Source: Gemmatimonadota bacterium
Lineage (GTDB): Bacteria; Gemmatimonadota; Gemmatimonadetes; Gemmatimonadales; GWC2-71-9
Reading direction: 5' to 3'
Assembly: GCA_039586365.1 (NCBI GenBank)
Contig: JBDHKN010000012.1
Location: 1-64,000 of the forward strand
Length of the DNA: 64,000 nucleotides
Both the position numbers and the translations under genes were made by a program. Below, one piece after another: positions 1 to 9,321 of this stretch (position 1 is its first letter; the number at the start of each line of letters is the position of its first letter). Under the pieces are notes generated by a model. The model ran no database searches and was not told the DNA's origin. It was given only the letters and a program-made list of their open reading frames with translations.

Positions 1-2
1 TC

Positions 3-296
3 CAGGCCGTTGGACTGTTTGGATATGCACGCACCGAATTGCTCGGTGAACCAGTAGAGACACTGCTACCAGAGCGGCTTCGTGGCCGACACGTGGGTGA
101 ACGAGACCGGTATAACCAATCACCTCATGTCCGTCCCATGGGTGCCGGAATGAGTCTGTTTGCCCGCCACAAGGACGGGCGCGAATTTCCGGTCGAGATC
201 AGTCTGGGGCCGTACCAGTCTGCGGAGGGCCCGCTGGTGGTCTGCGCCATTCGCGATCTCACTGCGCGTAAGCGCCTGTGGCACGAATCGGGATAG
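3..296 (+). CDS. PAS/PAC-domain protein, 3' part (runs off the left edge)
   Basis: Open frame from position 3: LFGYARTELLGEPVETLLPER...ARHKDGREFPVEISL...AIRDLTARK, a typical PAS-PAC signature; stop follows right after the PAC motif. Confidence 0.8.
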   Translation, partial: QAVGLFGYARTELLGEPVETLLPERLRGRHVGERDRYNQSPHVRPMGAGMSLFARHKDGREFPVEISLGPYQSAEGPLVVCAIRDLTARKRLWHESG

Positions 297-319
297 GGTT
301 TGCGCGCAGGGCAACACGC

Positions 320-1384
320 ATGAGCCGCTATCGAATCGCAGTCATTCCCGGAGACGGCATCGGTACCGAAGTGATGCGCGAGGGCATTCGGGTGCTCGAG
401 GCCATCGGAGATCGGTTCGGCATCGACTTTGCGTGGCACCACTTCGACTGGGGCTGCAAGACCTACCTGAAGACGGGACGAATGATGCCAGAGGAGGGTC
501 TCGAAAGTCTCAAGGAGTTCGCGGCGATCTACCTAGGTGCGGTCGGGTTTCCGGGTGTGCCCGACCACGTGAGCTTATGGGGTTTGCTGATTCCTATTCG
601 CCGCGAGATGGGGCAATACATCAACCTGCGTCCGGTTCGGTTGCTAGAGGGTATTCAGACCCCGCTTCGTGACCGGGGGCCGAGAGACATCGACTTCATC
701 GTTGTTCGCGAGAACAACGAGGGAGAGTACTCCCGAGTTGGGGGACGTCTCTACGAGGGCACTGAGTACGAACGGGTGGTGCAACAATCGGTCTTCACGC
801 GCATGGGAACGGACCGGGTGCTGCACTATGCCTTCGACCTTGCGCGCAGTCGTCCAGACAAACACCTCACCTCCGCCACCAAGTCCAACGGCATAGTGCA
901 CACCATGCCCTACTGGGACGAGCGATTCCGTGCTATTGCAGCCGAGTATCCCGAAGTGCGCACCGACCAGTATCACATCGATATCCTTGCGGCGAATTTC
1001 GTGCTGCACCCGGATTGGTTCGACGTCGTGGTAGGCAGCAACCTGTTCGGTGATATCCTATCAGATCTCGGCCCGGCGGTAGCGGGCACTATCGGGATTG
1101 CCCCTTCAGCAAACATAAACCCGGGGCGCACTCTCCCATCGATGTTCGAACCGGTACACGGGTCGGCGCCGGATATCGCCGGAAAGGGAATTGCCAATCC
1201 CATCGGCCAGATTTGGTCCGGCGCGATGATGCTCGAGCACCTGGGGCACCCGGATGCCGCTCAGGCCATCGAGCGCGCCATCGAAGCCGCGCTAACGGAA
1301 CCGCGCTTGTTGACGCCGGACATGGGTGGCAAGGCAAAGACTGTGGAGCTTGGCACTGCAATTGCGGATTTTGCCGGCAGCTGA
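320..1384 (+). CDS. ttuC: Tartrate dehydrogenase / D-malate dehydrogenase (decarboxylating), isocitrate/isopropylmalate dehydrogenase family
   Basis: IAVIPGDGIG, VPDHVSLWGLLIPIRR, RENNEGEYS, TSATKSNG, SNLFGDILSDL, FEPVHGSAPDIAG; ATG at 320. Confidence 0.9.
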   Translation: MSRYRIAVIPGDGIGTEVMREGIRVLEAIGDRFGIDFAWHHFDWGCKTYLKTGRMMPEEGLESLKEFAAIYLGAVGFPGVPDHVSLWGLLIPIRREMGQYINLRPVRLLEGIQTPLRDRGPRDIDFIVVRENNEGEYSRVGGRLYEGTEYERVVQQSVFTRMGTDRVLHYAFDLARSRPDKHLTSATKSNGIVHTMPYWDERFRAIAAEYPEVRTDQYHIDILAANFVLHPDWFDVVVGSNLFGDILSDLGPAVAGTIGIAPSANINPGRTLPSMFEPVHGSAPDIAGKGIANPIGQIWSGAMMLEHLGHPDAAQAIERAIEAALTEPRLLTPDMGGKAKTVELGTAIADFAGS

Positions 1385-1567
1385 GAGGCAGCTATCAGGT
1401 GAGTTCCGCTAGCCGTATCCGCTCTCGCAGGTTGCCTGAGCCACTGTTATTTTCAGCGACTCGGACCGAAGACCTCGTCGGTGTCCGATGTGTCAATCCT
1501 GATTAGTGTTCGACGTCCGTGAGCCGGTGCGGTCGGCTCCAGCACCCAACCATCGATTCGGAGTGAT

Positions 1568-1933
1568 ATGACGGTGACGACGCCAAGCTGGATCGGAGAT
1601 CTTCTTGCATCCATCGATGGGATGGATGCCGATAAGTTCGTATCCTTCATAACCGACGATGCGAGGTTCCGCTACGGAAGCAATCCGCCGGTAGCTGGCA
1701 AGGCTGCGATCCGAGAGTATGTAACTCAGTTCTTGGGGATGTTCAAAGGAGTGCGGCACGAACTACTCGGCTTGTGGAGCCACCCCGATGCCGTGCTGGT
1801 GCAGGGCGATGTCACCTACGTGGGACACGATGGATCGGAGCTCACTCTGCCGTTTCTGAACTGCCTCAAGATGTGCGGTGACAAGGTTCAGGATTATCTT
1901 ATCTATATCGACCCCACGCCTCTGGCTGGTTGA
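1568..1933 (+). CDS. NTF2-like / SnoaL-like small protein
   Basis: 121 aa; IDGMDADKFVSFITDDARFRYGSNPPVAGKAAIRE ... VQDYLIYIDP pattern; GGAG upstream. Confidence 0.8.
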   Translation: MTVTTPSWIGDLLASIDGMDADKFVSFITDDARFRYGSNPPVAGKAAIREYVTQFLGMFKGVRHELLGLWSHPDAVLVQGDVTYVGHDGSELTLPFLNCLKMCGDKVQDYLIYIDPTPLAG

Positions 1934-1938
1934 GACGT

Positions 1939-2730
1939 ATGTCAGACCTTGCTTCCCCGGAACCACAGACGTCTGAGCGCCGCCGCCTGGTTGAGCGCCG
2001 CTCACTGATGCAGCGTCGATCAGGAACGGATCAACGCCGCCGAGACCGGCGCTGTCTGACTCTTAATGTGGTGCGAGACAAACGCGGCGGGGGTGACCGT
2101 CGCCGCACTGAACGACGCCAGTTGCCCGACCGACGACTTGTGTTCGTGCGTCGTGCCCGGCCTCGCTCGTCGCCGTCTCCTTTCACGTCGGAAGAGATTG
2201 CACAGCTGAAGCAGGGCTTCTCAGTGCCCGGATCCCAGGTGGCCTGTCCCTCGTGCGGGGGTGCGTTTTCGCTGGGTCGGGGCCGCCGCCGTGGACAGGA
2301 GATTTTGAGGCGCGTCCAATGCTCAGGTTGTGGTAGGTCCGCCGTGGTTGCGAACAACTCGATGGCTCGGGTCTTGGTGATATCTCAGAAGCCGGACTTG
2401 CGCGATGCACTGCGGGGGGTGCTCAGCGAAGCCCAACACGAAGTGATTGAAGCCGCGGATGCGGGTGTGGGTCTTTGGGCCTACCGAGTGGAACCGGCCG
2501 ACGTGGTACTTGTCGACGTGCTCGCCACGGGCCGAATAGATGCGGCGGAGTTCATTCGGAAGCTGCGCAAGGAATTCCCGGATGCCCGGGTGGTGGCGAT
2601 GTCGGGTCGGACATCGTATGGCGTCGCTGACCCGTTGGCAGTGGCGAAACAGCTCGGAGCCATCCGGACTGTCCGCATTCCGTTGTCACGTCAGGAGATA
2701 CTGCAGGTGGTCGAGGAGGCCCGCGAATGA
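1939..2730 (+). CDS. Arg-rich repeat + C4 Zn-ribbon + atypical receiver (REC) domain protein
   Basis: N-terminal ERR/DRR/QRR repeats; CPSC..CSGC; C-terminal RVLVI...DVVLVD...VVAMSG receiver fold. Confidence 0.8.
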   Translation: MSDLASPEPQTSERRRLVERRSLMQRRSGTDQRRRDRRCLTLNVVRDKRGGGDRRRTERRQLPDRRLVFVRRARPRSSPSPFTSEEIAQLKQGFSVPGSQVACPSCGGAFSLGRGRRRGQEILRRVQCSGCGRSAVVANNSMARVLVISQKPDLRDALRGVLSEAQHEVIEAADAGVGLWAYRVEPADVVLVDVLATGRIDAAEFIRKLRKEFPDARVVAMSGRTSYGVADPLAVAKQLGAIRTVRIPLSRQEILQVVEEARE

Positions 2731-2763
2731 GAACTGGACTCATCGACTGGTTGCTGAACAATG

Positions 2764-2795
2764 ACCCGCGGCCGGCTAGTCGGTTGCGGGTTTTT
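2764..2795 (+). terminator. Intrinsic terminator
   Basis: ACCCGCGGCCG-gctagt-CGGTTGCGGGT followed by TTTT, about 30 nt after the stop at 2730. Confidence 0.75.
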
Positions 2796-2866
2796 GGTTA
2801 TCCTTGTGCTTCGGTGCCACGTGCTGTAGCGAGTAGCACTGAGCGATGCAACGGGCGCCTCCTAAC

Positions 2867-2897
2867 TTGACAAAGTCCCATTTTAGATTCAGTCCAA
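2867..2897 (+). promoter_or_regulatory. Promoter region with Fur/PerR-type 7-1-7 operator
   Basis: TTGACA at 2867-2872; TTAGATT-C-AGTCCAA at 2883-2897 (imperfect 7-1-7 palindrome) ending 5 nt before the ATG of a Fur-family HTH. Confidence 0.5.
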
Positions 2898-2902
2898 TCA
2901 GC

Positions 2903-3376
2903 ATGCAGGATCCAATCTCCATCCTACGTACGCACGGGCTGCAGGCCACCCCGCAGAGAATCGCAGTAGCCACATACGTGCTCCGGACACAGACGCACCC
3001 GCCCGCTGACGAGGTATGGGCTCAGGTCCGCAAGAGCTGTCCGACGATTTCCCGCGGCACTGTGTACAACACGCTGAACCTCTTGGTTGAGAAGAGTCTC
3101 GGCGGGCCCGTTGACAAGGCCCGCTTCAAGGAGCCGCCGCTGCGAATCTCTGGTGATGCGGACCGCTACGACCACCGAGAGGGGAATGACGACCACACTC
3201 AACCGGGGAACCTCTACCGACTCTTACCCGATGAAGAGCGGGAGCATCTCCATGCCGCTGTTGCTGGTGCGATGCGGGGGGTTACCAAGGAGATAGTCGA
3301 ACGCCAATTGGCGCACTTCGAGCAAGCTGATCCCGCCTATGCGAAAGGAGTCAGGAAAGCCCTGAAGAGGTCATAG
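2903..3376 (+). pseudogene. In-frame chimera: Fur/PerR N-terminal winged helix joined to the C-terminal tail of a monofunctional catalase (probable deletion scar)
   Basis: First about 64 aa: GLQATPQRIAV...HPPADEV...PTISRGTVYNTLNLLVEK (Fur family). Rest: GGPVDKARFKEPPLRISGDADRYDHREGNDDHTQPGNLYRLL...RQLAHFEQADPAYAKGV (catalase C-terminus). Junction near 3095-3100. Confidence 0.8.
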
Positions 3377-3387
3377 GCTATCGCATG

Positions 3388-3425
3388 GCGAGCCCCGCAG
3401 CCTGCTTGCCTTCTGCGGGGCTCGC
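3388..3425 (+). terminator. Strong hairpin after the catalase remnant (terminator-like, no clear U-tract)
   Basis: Perfect 13-bp stem GCGAGCCCCGCAG / CTGCGGGGCTCGC with 12-nt loop. Confidence 0.55.
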
Positions 3426-3686
3426 TCGTCGGGCTATTGAAGCGAGATCGCGGACCTAGGCCACTATGTTGAGGGCGAGCACCTCTCTGTGGCCGTGGTT
3501 GCCAGCGTACCTGCAACTCGATTGACCTGTAGGCCAGAATCCAAGGCGCTGGGGGCTGGTCCCGCGCTGTAGCTATTACCCGGATGTCCATCTCGATTCC
3601 GCTCAAGCAAAGCCCTGCCGCTCGCGCGACGCATTGAAGGTCTACAACACCACGCACCGATCCCTGGATGAGAGTTGGACTGGCAG

Positions 3687-3708
3687 GTTTGTGACAAGAT
3701 TCACAAAC
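3687..3708. promoter_or_regulatory. Palindromic operator, Rex-box / CRP-box like
   Basis: GTTTGTGA-CAAGAT-TCACAAAC contains TGTGA-N6-TCACA and differs at one base from TTGTGAA-N4-TTCACAA. Confidence 0.6.
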
Positions 3709-3986
3709 TGACCCCTGGCTCAAACGGACGAAGAGCGGTATTGTTCTGCCGCTACGGACCCTGGAGTCACCAATTTGACTGACCTCGCAAGCTGGTCGTC
3801 TCAAGACGGCCGGCGTCGGTCTTTATGCTGTTGGCCAGACCTGCGTGTGGGCACATGATGACTGTCACGTAATCCCCAGCCTCAGCATGTGGCGCATGGC
3901 CCACACAGACCGCTGCACAACTCAACGTGAACCCACGATCCGTAGCTCTGTAACAACCAACACCCACAAACTGGAGTTGCATACCG

Positions 3987-4805
3987 ATGTACCGACCGTC
4001 ATCTACTTTGCTGCTGCTAGTAGCGTTTGCCTTAGCATGTTCGCCAACTGAGCGGTCCGCTGACGAGCCTGTGTCATCTTCCATTCCCGCTGCAATTCTC
4101 GGCCAGGCTCCACCACCTCAAGGGGAAACCGTGCTGTACGTGGCTGGAGACACGCTGACGCGTGGATACCTGGCGGTGCCTGACGGTGATGGGCCGTTCC
4201 CGGCGCTCGTGCTCATTCACGAGTGGAACGGCTTGGTGGACCGAGTGCGCCAGGTAGCGGACGCCTTCGCGCAGGAGGGCTATGTTGCGCTTGCGGCTGA
4301 CTTGTACCGAGGCCGTACCGGGAACAATCGCGACGAGAACGTGGCGCTCATGCAGGAGGCACGCGACGACGAAGCCGCGATCATAGCCAATCTGGACGCT
4401 GCGCAGCACTTTGTCAGGGCGCGGAGCGACGTGACCGGCAAGGTAGCGGTCATGGGGTGGTGTTTTGGTGGTGGCATTGCGCTCAGCTACGCACTGGGCG
4501 GCGAGCATCACGACGCCACCGCGATCTTCTACGGTTCTTTGGTAGAGGATCCTGTCGAGCTGGCTCGGCTCAGTCACCCCGTGTACGGCACCTTTGCTGA
4601 AATGGACCAAGGGATTCCGTCGGATCAGGTAGAGCGGTTCGCAGCCGCCCTCGATTCAATTGGAATCGACAACGACATCCACGTCTACGATGCAGTGAAC
4701 CACGGATTCTGGTTGCGTGTGGATGAAGATCCTGAGTTGCGAGAGGAACCGGCACGCGATGCTTGGAGTCGACTCAAGAGCTTCCTGGGCCGTGTGTTGA
4801 GCTAG
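3987..4805 (+). CDS. Dienelactone hydrolase family lipoprotein
   Basis: Lipobox ALAC; LIHEWNGL, GWCFGG nucleophile elbow, HGF. Confidence 0.9.
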   Translation: MYRPSSTLLLLVAFALACSPTERSADEPVSSSIPAAILGQAPPPQGETVLYVAGDTLTRGYLAVPDGDGPFPALVLIHEWNGLVDRVRQVADAFAQEGYVALAADLYRGRTGNNRDENVALMQEARDDEAAIIANLDAAQHFVRARSDVTGKVAVMGWCFGGGIALSYALGGEHHDATAIFYGSLVEDPVELARLSHPVYGTFAEMDQGIPSDQVERFAAALDSIGIDNDIHVYDAVNHGFWLRVDEDPELREEPARDAWSRLKSFLGRVLS

Positions 4806-4983
4806 ACGGTTGGCGTTGGTACTCCTGCAGCCAAAGGACCCGGTTGCCCACACCAAGATGCGAAGTGTCGTCGATTAGCCGATATTCATAAAGGATGGTC
4901 TGAAACGCTCGGGTCGCTGGGGGGAGTGCGGCACCTCCTCCTAGTACCAGTGATCGGGCGCAACCAGATGGAGCGGGGTCCCT

Positions 4984-5886
4984 ATGACATCACCTGACAG
5001 CACCACGACGGCAGAGTCGGCGGACCGCAAGCCACTCGATAATGAGCTCGATGTTTTCGGTTTAACGCATCCCGGCAAGGTGCGCCAGGTGAACCAAGAT
5101 CACTTCATGCTCGGCTCGTTGCGAAAGACGATGCAGGTGTACCTGACGAGCTTGCCGGATGTGGACCAGCTACCCTTGGAGAGTGAGCGGCTGGCGTTTC
5201 TCGCGATGGTCGCGGACGGGGTGGGGGGTGGAACGGGTGGTGAGGAGGCCAGCCGGCTTACCGTGGAGGTGGTGACCCAATACGTTACTCACAGCCTGCA
5301 GTGCTACTACACCGCCGACGCGAGTGATGAGCAGACATTTATCGATGTCTTGGAGCAAGCGGCGCTGGAGTGCCACGAAAGTGTCGTGCAGAAGAGTTCC
5401 GAGGATCCCGAGCGGCGCCGCATGGCGACGACGCTCACGTTGTGGATCGGCGTGTGGCCCCGGGGCTATCTGCTCCAGGTCGGCGACAGCCGCTGTTACC
5501 TGTTCCACGATGGCGAATTGACCCAGATCACACGAGACCAAACACTGGCCGAAGAGCTGGTGGATCGCGGTGTATTCACGAGGACGGCAGCTCACCGTTC
5601 TCGGTTTGCCAACGTTCTGTCGAGTTCGATAGGGGGGCCACAAACCGCGCCGGTCGTTACTAGGGTGGACCTGGGGTGGCACAATGTCGGTTTGATCTGC
5701 AGTGATGGGCTCACCAAACACGTATCCGACGAGCAGATCCGCGAGCGACTCAGCACCATGAAATCGGCGAAGCACGTGTGTGAGGATCTGCTACAGGATG
5801 CGCTGGACGGAGGTGGCAGCGACAACATCACGATTGTCGTCGGGCGGGCGGTACGGCAGGAAGGCCAGAGCACTACCGTTCAATAG
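4984..5886 (+). CDS. PP2C/PPM-family Ser/Thr protein phosphatase
   Basis: GKVRQVNQD, VADGVGG, VGDSRCY, CSDGL, GGSDNIT. Confidence 0.92.
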   Translation: MTSPDSTTTAESADRKPLDNELDVFGLTHPGKVRQVNQDHFMLGSLRKTMQVYLTSLPDVDQLPLESERLAFLAMVADGVGGGTGGEEASRLTVEVVTQYVTHSLQCYYTADASDEQTFIDVLEQAALECHESVVQKSSEDPERRRMATTLTLWIGVWPRGYLLQVGDSRCYLFHDGELTQITRDQTLAEELVDRGVFTRTAAHRSRFANVLSSSIGGPQTAPVVTRVDLGWHNVGLICSDGLTKHVSDEQIRERLSTMKSAKHVCEDLLQDALDGGGSDNITIVVGRAVRQEGQSTTVQ

Positions 5887-5951
5887 GGAGCTACCAAGGG
5901 TGGGACTAGCCACTGGCTCGCAGCGCGATGAGCTGACGCTTGTGGTGGTGC

Positions 5952-7172
5952 CTACTCGTGTTCCTCGACAAGAATTTCCTCGAGATGCGCAATATCGACA
6001 TAATGTTCATGCAGGTGATTGCACGCAGCATCATACTGTCGAGCAACCTTGTCGATCGCTCGGCTGATGATCTGCTTGGCCCGCGCTGCATCCTGTGACT
6101 CGAGCAGCGGGATCTTCCAGCGATCGTAGTACTTCCTTGACACGAGCAGCGAGAGAACAGCGGAAGTTCCTGGGATGCTTCCCGTCCCGCGAACCACGTC
6201 GTGCAATGGATTGGAGAGACACGTTATCGCTCCGGCATCCTGGCTGATCAACTGAGCCAGGCCCGCAACGACCTTCACCTTGTCTGAGGCCAACTCAGAC
6301 TGTTTGAGGTGTTCCGCACAGTGCATCAAGCGGTCAGCTAGCGCCGCGGTGTCTCGCTGCATGAGCCCGGGATTATCTGGTAGCAGATCATCTCTGAAGA
6401 TCACAGGCAAACCTAGCTCCTTTGCCGCTTCGACCAGCGCCCGCGCGACAACCGGGTTGTCTATGTCTCGTTGCGCCCTAACGAGGAAAGTGTTTTGGTC
6501 AAGCTGATCCGAGATGGATGGTAGGTACGCCTTGCTTTCGACAACGATGGTCGGACACCGTAACATGTTGAGCCGTTCCATCAGGTGGCGTTTCGATCCC
6601 AAGGGGATGTTCCCCTCCAGATCTTCCACCGGTCCAATGCCGCCGCTGGTGTAGTTGACGCTTGTGAGATAACAGACGGTCTTGTCAGCGAATTCCTTGG
6701 CGATCCCGCCTATCATCCCGGCATTGAGTGGCAGGCTCTCTTCCATCATTATGAATGCCGTTGGTGCCCCCCTGTGAAAGCCGTCGACCACAGCGTTTGC
6801 CGCAGCGGCCGCGAGGGCTACTGGGGTCTCCAGGGCTCCTTGACCATACATCCGGCCGAAGCAATTGACGGCCACTGATTGGCAAAGAAGCGCGTCTTGC
6901 ATCCTCGCTCTTCCCACCAGATCGGCCTCGGCAGGGGTGATGCCTCTTCTCGGATGGGTGGTACATGTCCCCCCATCCATCGTCGTGACACGAATACTGT
7001 TCTCAGCGACATCGGCGCTTGCTTCTGCTATGCGCGTATCCGCCTGGAGTAGATCGGCGATCATTGCACCGACCACCCCAAAACCAGCGGTATCGTCTTG
7101 CACGAATCCGGCGACCCCGTGGACGTGACCGATCCCGGCGTGTCCCGCTACAGCGATCGTATTGTCGCTCAT
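5952..7172 (-). CDS. Conserved-looking hypothetical protein (406 aa)
   Basis: Long ORF with SD-like GGGAGG; enzyme-like motifs GHAGIGHVHG..QDD, GRMYGQG, GGIGPVEDLEGN; no family recognised. Confidence 0.75.
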   Translation of the reverse strand: MSDNTIAVAGHAGIGHVHGVAGFVQDDTAGFGVVGAMIADLLQADTRIAEASADVAENSIRVTTMDGGTCTTHPRRGITPAEADLVGRARMQDALLCQSVAVNCFGRMYGQGALETPVALAAAAANAVVDGFHRGAPTAFIMMEESLPLNAGMIGGIAKEFADKTVCYLTSVNYTSGGIGPVEDLEGNIPLGSKRHLMERLNMLRCPTIVVESKAYLPSISDQLDQNTFLVRAQRDIDNPVVARALVEAAKELGLPVIFRDDLLPDNPGLMQRDTAALADRLMHCAEHLKQSELASDKVKVVAGLAQLISQDAGAITCLSNPLHDVVRGTGSIPGTSAVLSLLVSRKYYDRWKIPLLESQDAARAKQIISRAIDKVARQYDAACNHLHEHYVDIAHLEEILVEEHE

Positions 7173-7214
7173 GCCGTACTCGCCTCCCCTTGCTTGGATT
7201 ACCGACCGTGCGCG

Positions 7215-9248
7215 CTAGTTACCTGCAGTTGGACGCACCTCGCAGAGACTGGACTTGAATGGCGGGAAACCAGAGATTGGGTCCAGACCCACGTCCGGAA
7301 TCAACTCGTTGACGTTGTGACCGGCCCATCCGTGGAATGCATGTACCACACCTTGCGGCACGATGTCCGTCACCCAGGCCGTCATCACGATCGAGCCGAC
7401 TGGAGAAGTTACCTCAATACAGTCACCATCCCGGACGTTACGAGTAGTTGCATCCGCAGGGTGGATTTGTAACCGGGCGTTCGGCTCCCGTTTGCGCAAT
7501 GTCTCGAGCAAGCGACCCTGGGAATTCGTGTAGTTCCTACTGCGGCCACCAGAGGTGAGAATCAACGGATAATCGCTAGCGACCTCGGGAGAGGAATCCG
7601 GGCTCCAACTGGGTTCGCTGAAGGTTGGCAGGCCATCGTAGCCGGCCTCTTCCAACTGCGTGCTCACAAACTCCACCCTACCGGTCGGCGTCCCGAAGCC
7701 GTTTACCAGGTAGGCTCGTTCCGGGGCTTCTGCCAGAGCAACATTCAGTCGGCTGCCGTCCTTGGGTAGGTCGGTGAAACGCAGTCCGGCGGCCTCCAAT
7801 CGCTCGTCGTAGCTGGCGTATATGTCGCCATTCCAGAACCGCTCTGCGAGGCCCAGATGTTGGGCGAGGTCGAAGATGAGTTCTGTATCTCCCTTCGCTG
7901 CACCGCGCGGGGCCACAGCGGCCGGGCGGTACTGGACCTGTCCATCACCCACTGTGATCAGCGCCTGGCGCTCCAAATGGGTGGCTGCTGGGAAGAATAC
8001 CGTTGCCACATCAACCGTGGGATTGGGGAAGAAGTCACATGTCGTGAACAGCTCGAGGGATCGCAACGCTCGTTCCAGACGCCTCGAGTTGGGCCACATC
8101 ATCAGGTTCATTCCGATCGAGCATACCGCCCTGACTTGCCCGGTCTCGATGGCATCTGCCAGGAGCATCCCCTGCGCCTCACCATAGTGTTTGACAAAAA
8201 GCGGAAATTGCTTCGCTCCCAACGGTGCAGCTGTGTCTCGGCCGTTGGCATCAGAGTCGATACTCTTCTCTCGGAACCGGTTGCTCCACGGCCTGTTACC
8301 GCCGTCGATGTCGAGATTGCCGCAGGCGGCCGCGAGCAGTAGGATCGCGCGATGAGCCTGGAATCCGCCGGAATGGTGGGTCGTTGCGTTGGGTGAAATC
8401 GTTACTTGTGCGGGGTGCGAGCTGCCGTACAACCTGGCAGCTCGGACAATCGTGTCTTTGGGAATTCCAGTGATCGCACTGGTGCGCTCAGGTGCATAGT
8501 TGTTGATGTGCTGTCGATAGCGGTCTACGCCGTGCGCGTATGCGTCGAGGAATTGCCAGTCCTGCAAGTTCTCTGCGAAGATCACGTGCGCCATACCTAG
8601 TGCCAGCGCACCGTCAGTCCCTGGTCTGAGCCTCAAGTGTATCGTGGCCACTTCAGCCAGGTTGGTGCGGCGCGGGTCGACCACGATCGTTGGAGTATCT
8701 GCGGCATCGACCAGGAGATGGTGGGACTCAAACGGGAGCTGACTCTCCACTGGATTGTTGGACCAAACCAGCCGGCATTTTGTCTGCGGGTATCTGCGAC
8801 GGGCTGGGGCCAGAAAATATTCGTATTCCCTGCCCAGCGTGACAGTGGCGGCGACGAATCCAGCTGAAAAACAACAACTCGACTCGGTCACATAGTGTGG
8901 CGAGCCGAATTGTCGGGCGAGCCGCCGCAGGTACGGTCTCACCTCTTTGGTGTAGCCGACCGCAAACACGACCGCTTCCGGCCCATACGTGTCGCGAACG
9001 TCGAGCAACCTAGCTGCTGTGGTAGGCAGTACTTCCTTCCACGAAACTTCCCGCCAAGGGTCGTGCACCGACTCCCTGATCAGCGGTGAGGTCAGCCGCT
9101 GTGGGCTTTCCCGTTGCTCCACCATGGCCTGGGCGCGAACACATGCGGGATGGTCGATAGACAGGATACGCTCCCCCTGGCTCACTACGGTGATGGGGCA
9201 ATTGGCGGTGCACATGTAGCAGGCGGAGTGGGTCGTCTTTGGATTCAT
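7215..9248 (-). CDS. Molybdopterin (bis-MGD) oxidoreductase, DMSO-reductase superfamily, cytoplasmic
   Basis: N-terminal CYMCTANC...C Fe-S motif, VVDPRRT, LRPGTDGALALG, PAATHLER, C-terminal LQIHPADA...NVNEL..DPISGFP; no signal peptide. Confidence 0.9.
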   Translation of the reverse strand: MNPKTTHSACYMCTANCPITVVSQGERILSIDHPACVRAQAMVEQRESPQRLTSPLIRESVHDPWREVSWKEVLPTTAARLLDVRDTYGPEAVVFAVGYTKEVRPYLRRLARQFGSPHYVTESSCCFSAGFVAATVTLGREYEYFLAPARRRYPQTKCRLVWSNNPVESQLPFESHHLLVDAADTPTIVVDPRRTNLAEVATIHLRLRPGTDGALALGMAHVIFAENLQDWQFLDAYAHGVDRYRQHINNYAPERTSAITGIPKDTIVRAARLYGSSHPAQVTISPNATTHHSGGFQAHRAILLLAAACGNLDIDGGNRPWSNRFREKSIDSDANGRDTAAPLGAKQFPLFVKHYGEAQGMLLADAIETGQVRAVCSIGMNLMMWPNSRRLERALRSLELFTTCDFFPNPTVDVATVFFPAATHLERQALITVGDGQVQYRPAAVAPRGAAKGDTELIFDLAQHLGLAERFWNGDIYASYDERLEAAGLRFTDLPKDGSRLNVALAEAPERAYLVNGFGTPTGRVEFVSTQLEEAGYDGLPTFSEPSWSPDSSPEVASDYPLILTSGGRSRNYTNSQGRLLETLRKREPNARLQIHPADATTRNVRDGDCIEVTSPVGSIVMTAWVTDIVPQGVVHAFHGWAGHNVNELIPDVGLDPISGFPPFKSSLCEVRPTAGN

Positions 9249-9321
9249 CGGTAGCGTATCGGCTCGTAGCGTTCTGTCTCATCGCGGCGGTTGGGCGCCA
9301 GTGGTCGCATGTGCCGCCCAC

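Noticed and set aside
3337..3804. Minus-strand ORF with a CESCH haem-binding-like motif
   Set aside because: The motif is the translation of the TGTGA-N6-TCACA palindrome; no signal peptide or other cytochrome features.
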